From: an uncultured Clostridium sp.
GTDB lineage: Bacteria; Bacillota; Clostridia; Oscillospirales; CAG-272
NCBI GenBank assembly: GCA_964629615.1
Contig: CAZVUD010000001.1
Span: forward strand, 89,795-153,794
DNA: 64,000 nucleotides
Direction: 5' to 3'
The notes below the pieces were generated by a model. That model was not told the origin of the DNA. It worked only from the letters and a program-made list of their open reading frames with translations, and did not search any database. Of the stretch, positions 27,842-35,812 are shown piece by piece (position 1 is the stretch's first letter; each line of letters begins with the position of its first letter). Made by a program: the position numbers and the translations under genes.

Positions 27842-28285
27842 TTATTTTAAATTGATCATCTCTCCGCTTGCCGCACGGCGTGCAACAAGCGCACGTTCCT
27901 CACGTGTCATTTCGGAAACACGCTTTCCCGAGCCTACAGCCCCCTTTACGGTGCCGTTTTCCGACACTCTCTGCCGTCTGCTCCTTATCTTTTGCAAAAG
28001 CTCCCTTTCGGCGCTCTCGCGTATCTCCTTTTCACGGGATGCAAGGCTGTCGGCTGCATTCTTCACCGCTTCGGCTCTCGCCCGGGCTATATCCGCCTCA
28101 AAAAAGCTCTTATATATTCCACATGTGAGTCTTAAATAGTCCTCACGCATGATCTCCCTGCATTCCTCATCGCCGATATCGCATATTTCCATATCGCTAT
28201 CAGTATCTGTATTGTTATTGCTATCCGCGTCGCACGCATCGGGCATGCCGCATCCGTCATTTAAAATATCTTCTGTCATAAACAT
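27842..28285 (-). CDS. Putative scaffolding protein
   Basis: 147 aa with an acidic N-terminus, helical E/R-rich core and basic C-terminus. It sits directly upstream of the capsid gene. Confidence 0.4.
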   Translation of the reverse strand: MFMTEDILNDGCGMPDACDADSNNNTDTDSDMEICDIGDEECREIMREDYLRLTCGIYKSFFEADIARARAEAVKNAADSLASREKEIRESAERELLQKIRSRRQRVSENGTVKGAVGSGKRVSEMTREERALVARRAASGEMINLK

Positions 28286-28309
28286 CTCCTATCATGGCTT
28301 ATCTTAGCT

Positions 28310-28660
28310 TTATATATCCGCTCTTTTCGGCAGCTTTTTCAGTATATGTGAGTCCCATATGCCGTTTTTTACTGATACCTGATCGGGATATGACTCACTT
28401 ATCTGAAGGATACCTATGCAAGCCATTCTGAAGGCTTCGGTATCGGAGGTGCGGCAGCTTATGCTTGCATGTCCGCGCTCTAATCGCCTTACCTCGATAT
28501 CATTCGGATACCTATTATACAGATATCCGAGCAACGTGTAAAATATCGCCGACACCGCGGCACATACGACCGTCTGACCGCCTTCTTTATAAGTGGAGTG
28601 TCCGCATATCTCAAGAGATATCACTTCCTCCCCTTCTTTTTTGAAATCCACGCTTATCAT
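28310..28660 (-). CDS. Prp-like cysteine protease (ribosomal-processing protease family paralog)
   Basis: 116 aa. EICGHSTYKEGGQTVVCAAVSAI carries the His...Cys dyad context (GH..G.D.VCAAVS) of Prp/DUF464. Compare the chromosomal Prp at 38922..39287 (GHTGYGEEGDDVLCAALSAM). Confidence 0.65.
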   Translation of the reverse strand: MISVDFKKEGEEVISLEICGHSTYKEGGQTVVCAAVSAIFYTLLGYLYNRYPNDIEVRRLERGHASISCRTSDTEAFRMACIGILQISESYPDQVSVKNGIWDSHILKKLPKRADI

Positions 28661-28723
28661 ATATCAGATCTCCATTCCGCCGCGGTGCGGCACAAGCAGT
28701 GCTTTATATACATATATCATAGG

Positions 28724-30274
28724 CTACTCACCCTTAGTGCTCTCAAATATCGCGCTCTTAAGTCCGCCAAGCCCCTCATAATCGACAAGGGTCAGCAAGA
28801 GCTTTGTCTGCTCAAGATTTTCGCTCTTGAACGCTCCGCATCTGTAAAGCTCAAGCGCAAATTCGTTGAGCTCCTTGCGCTCGTTATAGGTCTTTTTATG
28901 TGTATCTATGCTTATGTCAAAGCATGGGCAGTATCCGTCGTCGCGGCGTCTTATATTGTCCGCCTTGAAATACTCATAGCTGTAACCGTTATCCCCCGCA
29001 ATGCGGAACACCCTTTCTTCGGTATAGAACTGTCTTATCAGCTCAAGCGTCAATTCCCATATCTTTACACACGCGCGGCAGGAATTTTCAATGCCGTCGC
29101 GTGAGAATTTGGCATTTGCACTCTGAAGCATGCTTATAGCCGATGCCGCGCTGACATTTCCGTTCGTCCTTCCGACAGACACATCGTGACAGCCTGTTAT
29201 TTCCTTAAGCTCGTCTATCTTCATCTGCATGATATCCACAACGCTTGCATCCATGCTTCCCGTATCTATGCGCTTAAGCTTCTCTTCGTCGATATCCCCC
29301 TCGACCTCAACTATCTGCTTGCTTGTGTCCTGAAAATCCCCGATATTAACGCCAAGGCTCTTTTTTGCCCAAAACCTCACATTTGAGGCAAGGTCGGAAT
29401 AGTTCTCAATGTTCTTGTCCAGCCTGTCAATGTATTCCTCGCATTTTCTGCCGAGCGCTATCAAGCCAAATCCGCATACACTTCCGTCGCACGGATACAT
29501 GGCATCAAAAACCACAGGATATCTCCCGTGACTGTACCATCCGTCAATGCAAGCCTCATCATCCTCAGAGGAATATATGACCCCGTACTCGCAGAGCTTG
29601 CAAAAATGCAGTATGCTGTGCCCGTCAACATATTTTTTATAATACCAATCCACAACGGCGCACTTACCGTCGCGCATGCCATCAGATCCGTATATGCAGG
29701 ATGTGAGATCGCCGTATATGCCTATTTGGTCATCAATATCAAGATTAGGATATTTTTCCTTCAGCTTGTCCTTGTCCTCCAAGGCGCAGATAAACAGGTC
29801 CTTTGAGTCCTCAATGTCCTCAACACCAAACTCCCAGAATATGTTGTCGATATTTATCTTAGTTATGCTCACATCTCCAAGCCCGTCGCACATGTCGTTG
29901 TCCCAGAATACTCCGTACACTGCTGTGCCGTATCTTATCTTATTCCATGCGTTATCGCTGTATATCTGCTCAAATCCGCTCCTTGAATTGATCACGGGAA
30001 TTATCCTGCCAAGCACCGCTGCCGCCTCCGCATCTCTTTCCTCACGCGGCAGACATACGCAGGTGGGCATATTATCGGCAATATCCGCGTGCTTATTTAA
30101 GATACTGTTGTGCAGCCACGATGAGCCCTTGCCTGAAAGATATCTTTCATTCCAATAATATCTCTCGCTCTTTATCCTGTTTGTAAGCTCGGTCTTGGAA
30201 TAAATATACTTCTTCAGCGTCTGTATTCCGTATATAGGATCCGGAGCTTTGATCCTGATCTTCTCCTTACTCAT
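28724..30274 (-). CDS. Phage portal protein
   Basis: 516 aa, placed between the terminase and the protease/scaffold/capsid genes. Size and position are typical of a portal. The family call rests on synteny plus general similarity. Confidence 0.65.
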   Translation of the reverse strand: MSKEKIRIKAPDPIYGIQTLKKYIYSKTELTNRIKSERYYWNERYLSGKGSSWLHNSILNKHADIADNMPTCVCLPREERDAEAAAVLGRIIPVINSRSGFEQIYSDNAWNKIRYGTAVYGVFWDNDMCDGLGDVSITKINIDNIFWEFGVEDIEDSKDLFICALEDKDKLKEKYPNLDIDDQIGIYGDLTSCIYGSDGMRDGKCAVVDWYYKKYVDGHSILHFCKLCEYGVIYSSEDDEACIDGWYSHGRYPVVFDAMYPCDGSVCGFGLIALGRKCEEYIDRLDKNIENYSDLASNVRFWAKKSLGVNIGDFQDTSKQIVEVEGDIDEEKLKRIDTGSMDASVVDIMQMKIDELKEITGCHDVSVGRTNGNVSAASAISMLQSANAKFSRDGIENSCRACVKIWELTLELIRQFYTEERVFRIAGDNGYSYEYFKADNIRRRDDGYCPCFDISIDTHKKTYNERKELNEFALELYRCGAFKSENLEQTKLLLTLVDYEGLGGLKSAIFESTKGE

Positions 30275-30293
30275 AGTATGATATTTTCCTTTC

Positions 30294-31790
30294 TTATCTG
30301 CGGTATGATGTAGATCCGTACCGCTCTGCTTCGATCGCAGGTGCGCGTACGGTCATGCCCACCTCTCTTTTTGGGGCTTTCATGGGATTTTCCATACACA
30401 CATACCGAAATTCGTCATATATATGGTCCTCACCCTTTGTATTTACGTCCTCAACGTCTACCGTATCATATACAAGTGACGGAAAGGTGCGTATAAAGTT
30501 TCTGCAGCTTGAGAAAACATAGAATGACGGTCGTCCGTCAGGCAGAAATGCAAGTCGATTGTGTACCTGTTGCTTACCTGCAATTCGTGAATTGTCGCCC
30601 CTGTCAAAATAAACGCCTCGCTTCTCCATGATCTCGCCGATGCTCTCACCCCCGTTTTTCTGAAATATTGCGGGGTCGGCGACACCTCGGATATGGCGCA
30701 TTGACAGATTGGGATCCTCAGATTCTATCCTTCTTATCTCGTTTGCTATTCTGCCTGCATCCCATCTCACACCCTCATCAGCCACACCGTCGCATCCGTA
30801 AAGCTCGCGTATGCGATACAGCTTGCCCTCTCTGTCACAGGCATACCAGCCGACCGAAAAGGGCTTTGTATATCCCCAGTCAAAGCCGCGGTATACCTGC
30901 CAATCGCGCGGTATCAGAAATGGTCTTATAACATGCGTATATATTCCGTCCAGATATCCGTCGGGATTATCTCTCCACTCTGAAAACACCTGCCCTGAGA
31001 AGCTGTTCCAATCTCCGTAAAGCAGAGCTGCACGCTCCTTTTGCGGAAGTGCCGCAAGACGTGTGAGATATCCCGGGTCGTTCTTCATAAGTATTTCGTT
31101 GTCGAATATGGTAGAGGGGACGAATATACGCGATCTTCTGCGCGTCTCCTCGTGCCCGTCGGGAAACATTATCTTTACCATTTCCCATATCGTTGTGAGA
31201 GGGGGCGCAGGTGTGATAAACCTGTCCTTGACCCACCCATGACCGATACCGCCCGGATTTGCCTGCGCCCTTATGTAACAGCGCGTGTTTGCGCCGTTGG
31301 GTCTGTTTCGTGAAAACAGATAACTGTATTCATCAAAGGTAAACTGTGTCAGCTCGTCAAAATCTATGAAATCATACCGCTTTCCCTGATAGTTATATTT
31401 ATCCGCAGGATGGGCAAGAGATCCGAAATATATCTTAGCTCCCGACGGAAATCTCCATACATGCTTTGACTCATTATACACGGCATCGGGATTTGCGGGG
31501 AGATATATCTCGTGTGAGCGGTCTATAAGCTCGGAGAGCTGCGGATATGTCTTTCTTAGTATCAGCCCCCTGTAATGCGGAATGTCTATCTGGCGCAGAG
31601 CTTCTGCAAGCGCGCAATCGCTCTTGCCTCCGCCTGCCGCACCGCCGTAAAGCGCTTCGTCCTCCAGACGCGACATAAATTCCCGTTGCTTTTTTTGCGG
31701 ACGCCATATATATCTTTTGCTCATATCCCTGCCGCTTTTGCCTGTATGCTTCATGGGTATGCCGCGATCACTCCGTGTCTTCATACTCAC
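30294..31790 (-). CDS. Terminase large subunit
   Basis: Walker A YGGAAGGGKSD and Walker B-like YDFIDFDELTQF, with a C-terminal nuclease-type region (GVADPA...GEDHIYDEFRY). The start is uncertain because several in-frame Met codons are present. Confidence 0.85.
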   Translation of the reverse strand: MSMKTRSDRGIPMKHTGKSGRDMSKRYIWRPQKKQREFMSRLEDEALYGGAAGGGKSDCALAEALRQIDIPHYRGLILRKTYPQLSELIDRSHEIYLPANPDAVYNESKHVWRFPSGAKIYFGSLAHPADKYNYQGKRYDFIDFDELTQFTFDEYSYLFSRNRPNGANTRCYIRAQANPGGIGHGWVKDRFITPAPPLTTIWEMVKIMFPDGHEETRRRSRIFVPSTIFDNEILMKNDPGYLTRLAALPQKERAALLYGDWNSFSGQVFSEWRDNPDGYLDGIYTHVIRPFLIPRDWQVYRGFDWGYTKPFSVGWYACDREGKLYRIRELYGCDGVADEGVRWDAGRIANEIRRIESEDPNLSMRHIRGVADPAIFQKNGGESIGEIMEKRGVYFDRGDNSRIAGKQQVHNRLAFLPDGRPSFYVFSSCRNFIRTFPSLVYDTVDVEDVNTKGEDHIYDEFRYVCMENPMKAPKREVGMTVRAPAIEAERYGSTSYRR

Positions 31791-32304
31791 CTATCCTATC
31801 TGCATCAGGTATATCCACCTCACACACAGCTTCCACCGATGTGCCGTCGGGCTTGTCTGACCACCTGTCGGGTTGCCTGTTTTTGAGCCAGAATGAAGTA
31901 GCTCTCACATCCGCAGGTATGTAATTCTCGTCCTCACCGACGCAAAGCTCCTCATATTCCCTGAGCTTTTTACCCGTATCGGGGTCGTAATCCACACGCT
32001 TGAGCTTATACGTCTTGTTGACCTTGACGCTGTATCCGCATGCCTTCTTATATAAAGCATCTATCACGGCATAATCAGCACCTGCGCGCCCGAGCTTCAG
32101 GGCGTCCGAAAATTCCTTGTGTGTTGCCTTCCAGCGTTTGAATGTCGCATGTGATATACCCGAATCGATCGCGATATCCTTATCCGAATACCCATCCTCC
32201 GCCATGCGCCTCAGATATTCTGCGCCGCGCTCCTCCATGAAGCTCTCATATTTCGTTTTCCTCATTCTCTGATAGATCAGACGTATCAATTCCGACAGAC
32301 ACAT
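31768..32304 (-). CDS. Terminase small subunit
   Basis: HTH (DIAIDSGISHATFKRWKATH) and the ATSFWLKNRQPDRWSDK block typical of small terminases. The true start is probably an internal Met (32265 or 32238). Confidence 0.6.
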   Translation of the reverse strand: MCLSELIRLIYQRMRKTKYESFMEERGAEYLRRMAEDGYSDKDIAIDSGISHATFKRWKATHKEFSDALKLGRAGADYAVIDALYKKACGYSVKVNKTYKLKRVDYDPDTGKKLREYEELCVGEDENYIPADVRATSFWLKNRQPDRWSDKPDGTSVEAVCEVDIPDADRIGEYEDTE

Positions 32305-32548
32305 GATAGCAGTCGCCGCCGTCAGTCACTCTTATATGCATAAGCGGATCATTTATCCTGTCCGACAGCTCTTGCTTGTTTATTACGCACTCTCCTTCTG
32401 AAAATGCAAACGTAAGCAGGGCTTTGAGCATCATGACCGTCTCATTTAGTCCCTCACATCTTTCCTTATACTCTCTTATAACTCCGTTTCGCTCGCGGAG
32501 CATATCACAAAGCCTGTTCGATCTTGACACCGCTGTATTTCCTTTCAT
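32246..32548 (-). CDS. Hypothetical island protein
   Basis: 100-aa ORF in operon context. I recognise no family. Confidence 0.3.
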   Translation of the reverse strand: MKGNTAVSRSNRLCDMLRERNGVIREYKERCEGLNETVMMLKALLTFAFSEGECVINKQELSDRINDPLMHIRVTDGGDCYHVSVGIDTSDLSENEENEI

Positions 32549-32729
32549 AATAGTTATCCATCATAATTTTAAACGGACATTCCTTCCATTTCGTCGGGTG
32601 GGCGCAATATCCGTAAATTATTTCTCTCTTAGCCTTTTTGTCAGGAAAAGCAAATCTCGTACACTCACAGCATACGCGTCTTTCCCTTCCAACCTCTTTC
32701 ACATATGGACAAGTTCCTCTGAATGCCAT
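32505..32729 (-). CDS. Small Cys-rich protein (possible zinc-binding), first gene of island operon
   Basis: 74 aa: CPYV...CCEC...CAHPTKWKECPF. Confidence 0.3.
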   Translation of the reverse strand: MAFRGTCPYVKEVGRERRVCCECTRFAFPDKKAKREIIYGYCAHPTKWKECPFKIMMDNYYERKYSGVKIEQAL

Positions 32730-32850
32730 TTAAAATTCCTTTCTATGCCATTTGGCTGATCTATATTATTGTTAAGTTTTCTAAACTCTGTGTTCAAAAA
32801 AATATACCGGTCTATTCTCCAAAAACACGGTCTGCAACTTAACTGTGAAT

Positions 32851-32879
32851 ATTATAGCACATTTGTTCTATAATGTCAA
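32851..32879 (-). promoter_or_regulatory. Consensus sigma-A promoter of the head/packaging operon
   Basis: The minus strand reads TTGACA-17 nt-TATAAT, an exact consensus, about 115 nt upstream of the ATG at 32729. Confidence 0.7.
32856..32869. promoter_or_regulatory. Operator O1: imperfect GAAC-N4-GTTC-like palindrome inside the promoter spacer
   Basis: The minus strand reads AGAACAAATGTGCT, one mismatch from the O2 palindrome. It lies between the -35 and -10 elements of the island promoter. Confidence 0.55.
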
Positions 32880-32918
32880 GCAAAAGTAAAGTTTTCTGAA
32901 CTTTTTTGTTTTTCCTTA

Positions 32919-32947
32919 TTGACAAAAGGGTTTTTGTGTGTTAAAAT
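32919..32947 (+). promoter_or_regulatory. Sigma-A promoter of the repressor gene
   Basis: TTGACA-17 nt-TGtTAAAAT (extended -10). Confidence 0.6.
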
Positions 32948-32956
32948 CAAAATATA

Positions 32957-32970
32957 AGAACAAAAGTTCT
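32957..32970. promoter_or_regulatory. Operator O2: perfect palindrome AGAACAAAAGTTCT (Cheo/SOS-box-like GAAC-N4-GTTC)
   Basis: Perfect 14-bp palindrome just downstream of the predicted repressor-gene transcription start. Confidence 0.6.
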
Positions 32971-33006
32971 ATTAATAAATTGTGAACAGGATGAAAAAGG
33001 GATATT

Positions 33007-33621
33007 ATGGATGATCGCACATTTTCAAAAAGACTCGCATCTCGACTGCATGAGCTCAACATGTCGCAGGCAGAGCTGTCAAGACAGACCGGGATCTCAA
33101 AGGCACGCATAAGCCAATATATGCACGGAGCCTACAAGCCGTCAGGGGATGCCACGGTCAAGCTTGCAAAAGCTCTCATGTGCTCAGAGGAATATCTGCT
33201 TTGCTACACGCATGAAGCAGATACGCAGTCTGACGGGCGGCGACTCAAGATACTTGGCGAGGTCAGATGCGGTCTGCCTGCCTTGGCTGAAGAGATATAT
33301 GACGGTGAGATCATAACAGACAGATATATAGACGCCGACTTCTGCCTCAGAGCCAAGGGAGACAGCATGACAGACGCACGCATATGCGACGGCGATATAG
33401 TTTACATCAAGCGCACCGACAGCGTCTGTAACGGTGACATCGCAGTTATCATAATCGACGGTGAAACTACCCTCAAGCGCGTGTATTTCTACCCCGACTC
33501 CCATAAGCTTATACTCATCCCCGAAAATAAAAATTACAAGCCCCTCACCTACTCGGGCGAGGAGCTTGCAAACGTGCGCATACTCGGAAAAGCAGTAGCC
33601 TTTACCTCAAAGCTTCTGTAA
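33007..33621 (+). CDS. Phage-type repressor: XRE-family HTH + S24 (LexA/CI-like) autopeptidase domain
   Basis: 204 aa. HTH LNMSQAELSRQTGISKARISQYMHG. S24 motifs RAKGDSMTDARICDGDIVYIKR (Ser) and TTLKRV (Lys). Confidence 0.8.
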   Translation: MDDRTFSKRLASRLHELNMSQAELSRQTGISKARISQYMHGAYKPSGDATVKLAKALMCSEEYLLCYTHEADTQSDGRRLKILGEVRCGLPALAEEIYDGEIITDRYIDADFCLRAKGDSMTDARICDGDIVYIKRTDSVCNGDIAVIIIDGETTLKRVYFYPDSHKLILIPENKNYKPLTYSGEELANVRILGKAVAFTSKLL

Positions 33622-33831
33622 CAGCAATTCAGATATAAAATCACACACTACATCATCTGCATGCGCCATTGTAACCTCACCTATATTGCATATCGCGGCA
33701 AATCTCTCGATCTTGTCGCGATCTCTGCATATACCTGCATAATATCGGTACAGATTTCCTTCCCTATTACAAATTTTAAGCCCCCAGATGCCGTCCGCTT
33801 CCTTTTCAGCGGAAAAAATCAGTATGTCCAT
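33607..33831 (-). CDS. Hypothetical small protein, convergent with and overlapping the 3' end of the repressor gene
   Basis: 74-aa ORF overlapping the repressor gene by 15 nt. I recognise no family. Confidence 0.25.
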   Translation of the reverse strand: MDILIFSAEKEADGIWGLKICNREGNLYRYYAGICRDRDKIERFAAICNIGEVTMAHADDVVCDFISELLLQKL

Positions 33832-34276
33832 GTGATCTTACCAATATATCATTTTCCTTTCGATGGATTTATACATATATTATAGCACTGATCCTGACGG
33901 CGGAATTTTTACTGAAAAATGTCTGAAGCTACCTGTCCACAGCATATTGACAACAAAAATCGCAAGCTTTGCCATATGCATCACAAACATACGTTAGTTT
34001 TAAATGCTTTTTCCTGCTCGATCTGACAATATTTTTTATATTAATACAGAGTTTTTGTGCTTTAGATTTGAAGAAATAATGAATTTTTAACATTTCTATT
34101 ATGAACAAAAGTGTAAAAATACACATCATTATCCACGTCAAGGCAAATTTTCGGCTTGAAAATTTGTTGAACATATGAATATTCTGTGTACACAGCAAAA
34201 AGCTTTGGTATTTTTCGATCCGAGACAGGTAAAATGTGAATTTTCTTTAAATTTTTATTTTTATTGAATATTTGTA

Positions 34277-34305
34277 TTGACAAGTTTCTTCTTTTATGAT
34301 ATAAT
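34277..34305 (+). promoter_or_regulatory. Sigma-A promoter of rpsF-ssb-rpsR
   Basis: TTGACA-17 nt-TATAAT, preceded by an A/T-rich UP-like tract. Confidence 0.65.
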
Positions 34306-34401
34306 TCAAACTCGGTACGGCTTATTTTAAAAAGTCGGCTCTCTACCGCGCAAAATCTGATATAGCGCGGTCGTAATTAAGTCCATAGGGAGGTAAAAAA
34401 C

Positions 34402-34788
34402 ATGGCATTCAATAATTATGAAACACTTTTCATCGTTGATGTAACAGCAGGCGAGGAAGCTGCAAAGGCTACCGTTGATAAGTTCACAACCTTGATTAGC
34501 GAAAACGGTGAGATCATTGATATCGCTAACTGGGGCAAAAAGCGTCTTGCTTACCTCATCAATGATATGAGCGAAGGTGTTTACACTGTAGTAACCTACA
34601 AGGCAGATCCTTCTTTCATCTCTGAGCTTGAGCGTCTTATGAACATTGATGAATCCGTAATGCGTTCGCTTACTCTTAAGCTTGAGCACGAGCCTACATT
34701 CAAGGCTGAAGTTGAAGCTGAAGTAGCTAATGAAGAAGTAGTTGCTGAAGAAACAGTTGCTGAAGTTGAAACAACAGACGCAGAGTAA
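34402..34788 (+). CDS. rpsF: 30S ribosomal protein S6
   Basis: YETLFIVD...WGKKRLAYLIN...GVYTVV with an acidic C-terminal tail, an RBS GGGAGG, and rpsF-ssb-rpsR synteny. Confidence 0.9.
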   Translation: MAFNNYETLFIVDVTAGEEAAKATVDKFTTLISENGEIIDIANWGKKRLAYLINDMSEGVYTVVTYKADPSFISELERLMNIDESVMRSLTLKLEHEPTFKAEVEAEVANEEVVAEETVAEVETTDAE

Positions 34789-34812
34789 TTCAGTACATTC
34801 GGAGGGCATCGT

Positions 34813-35265
34813 ATGGCAAACTTCAATTTAAATAAGGTCATCCTCGGCGGTAGACTTACTGCCGACCCCGAACTCAAAACAACTCAGAGCGGCATCTCGG
34901 TAGTGTCCTTCACTATCGCAGTAAACCGCAGATACACAAAGGACTCCGGTCAGCAGAGCGAATCCGATTTCTTTAACGTAACAGCATGGAGACAGACTGC
35001 AGAGTTTGTTTCACGTTACTTCAGAAAGGGTTCTTCCATCTGCATCGTCGGAAACATCCAGAACAGAAACTGGACAGATCAGGACGGACAGAAGCATTAT
35101 AGAACGGACATCGTTGCTGATGAAGTAATGTTTGTTGACTCAAGATCCGATTCCCCCGTAGCTCCCGATGCATTCGGTCAGTCTGCGGCGCCCGCATTCT
35201 CTTCACCTGCAGGTTCAGCTCCTAAATTTGAAGAGATAAAAACAGATGACGATCTCCCGTTCTGA
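34813..35265 (+). CDS. ssb: Single-stranded DNA-binding protein
   Basis: MANFNLNKVILGGRLTADPELK..., an OB-fold, and the C-terminal acidic tip DDDLPF. Confidence 0.9.
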   Translation: MANFNLNKVILGGRLTADPELKTTQSGISVVSFTIAVNRRYTKDSGQQSESDFFNVTAWRQTAEFVSRYFRKGSSICIVGNIQNRNWTDQDGQKHYRTDIVADEVMFVDSRSDSPVAPDAFGQSAAPAFSSPAGSAPKFEEIKTDDDLPF

Positions 35266-35302
35266 GATCGTTGTATAACAATTTTACAGGAGGATTTGAA
35301 AG

Positions 35303-35551
35303 ATGGATAGAAATGAAACTCGTGCACAAAGACCTGTTGTTCGCAAGAGAAGAAAAGTTTGTATCTTCTGTGCAGACAAGGTAGCATACATTGATTACAA
35401 GGATAGCGCAAAGCTCAGAAAGTTTATCAGCGAGCGCGGCAAGATCCTTCCCAGAAGAATTTCCGGTACATGCGCACTTCACCAGCGTGAGCTTAACACA
35501 GCTATCAAGCGCGCTCGTCAGGCAGCTCTTCTCCCCTATATTGCTGATTGA
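35303..35551 (+). CDS. rpsR: 30S ribosomal protein S18
   Basis: [17 protein letters not shown]...[24 protein letters not shown]. Confidence 0.9.
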   Translation: MDRNETRAQRPVVRKRRKVCIFCADKVAYIDYKDSAKLRKFISERGKILPRRISGTCALHQRELNTAIKRARQAALLPYIAD

Positions 35552-35572
35552 TCATATTGCAATAATAAATAG

Positions 35573-35606
35573 ATATCCGAGGCAGATATGCCTCGGATAT
35601 TTGTTA
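35573..35606 (+). terminator. Rho-independent terminator after rpsR
   Basis: 12-bp stem atatccgaggca/tgcctcggatat with a 4-nt loop and a T-rich tail. Confidence 0.7.
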
Positions 35607-35812
35607 TATTAACGGAAAATGCGCTGTGAAAAATCGATATTTTCTTGCAAATTTTTATAAATTTTCCCTTTACTTATTCAGATATTTGTGGTATAATATT
35701 ATGTGGAGATGTGTGCTCACTCAATGGCAGTGCTTTTTGCACACACTCATGACTTCATATAAGCATAAGACATATACACATAGATATAATGAGGATCCCG
35801 GAGGATATATAA

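Larger units (their letters stand above)
25718..33831. mobile_element. Phage-derived head/DNA-packaging island (no tail, integrase or replication genes seen)
   Basis: Ten co-directional genes run from a consensus promoter (32851-32879) to a terminator (25723-25750), plus a divergent XRE/S24 repressor. The boundaries are approximate and I found no att repeats. Confidence 0.6.

Noticed and set aside
33007-33621. Whether the S24-domain repressor could be the host LexA, given the SOS-box-like operators.
   Set aside because: Its N-terminal DNA-binding domain is an XRE/Cro-CI-type HTH, not the LexA winged helix. It sits divergent to phage structural genes. I therefore call it an island CI-like repressor. 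Whether host LexA also binds the boxes remains open.
25718-33831. Whether the region is a complete or inducible prophage.
   Set aside because: No tail, tape-measure, endolysin, integrase, excisionase or replication genes lie within or adjacent to it. The flanking genes are chromosomal and have their own promoters. I describe it instead as a head/packaging-only island.
33929-34283. Small minus-strand ORFs of 89 aa and 73 aa in the A/T-rich spacer.
   Set aside because: Their low-complexity Lys/Ile/Phe/Asn composition is driven by A/T richness. They have no RBS and overlap the rpsF promoter region.
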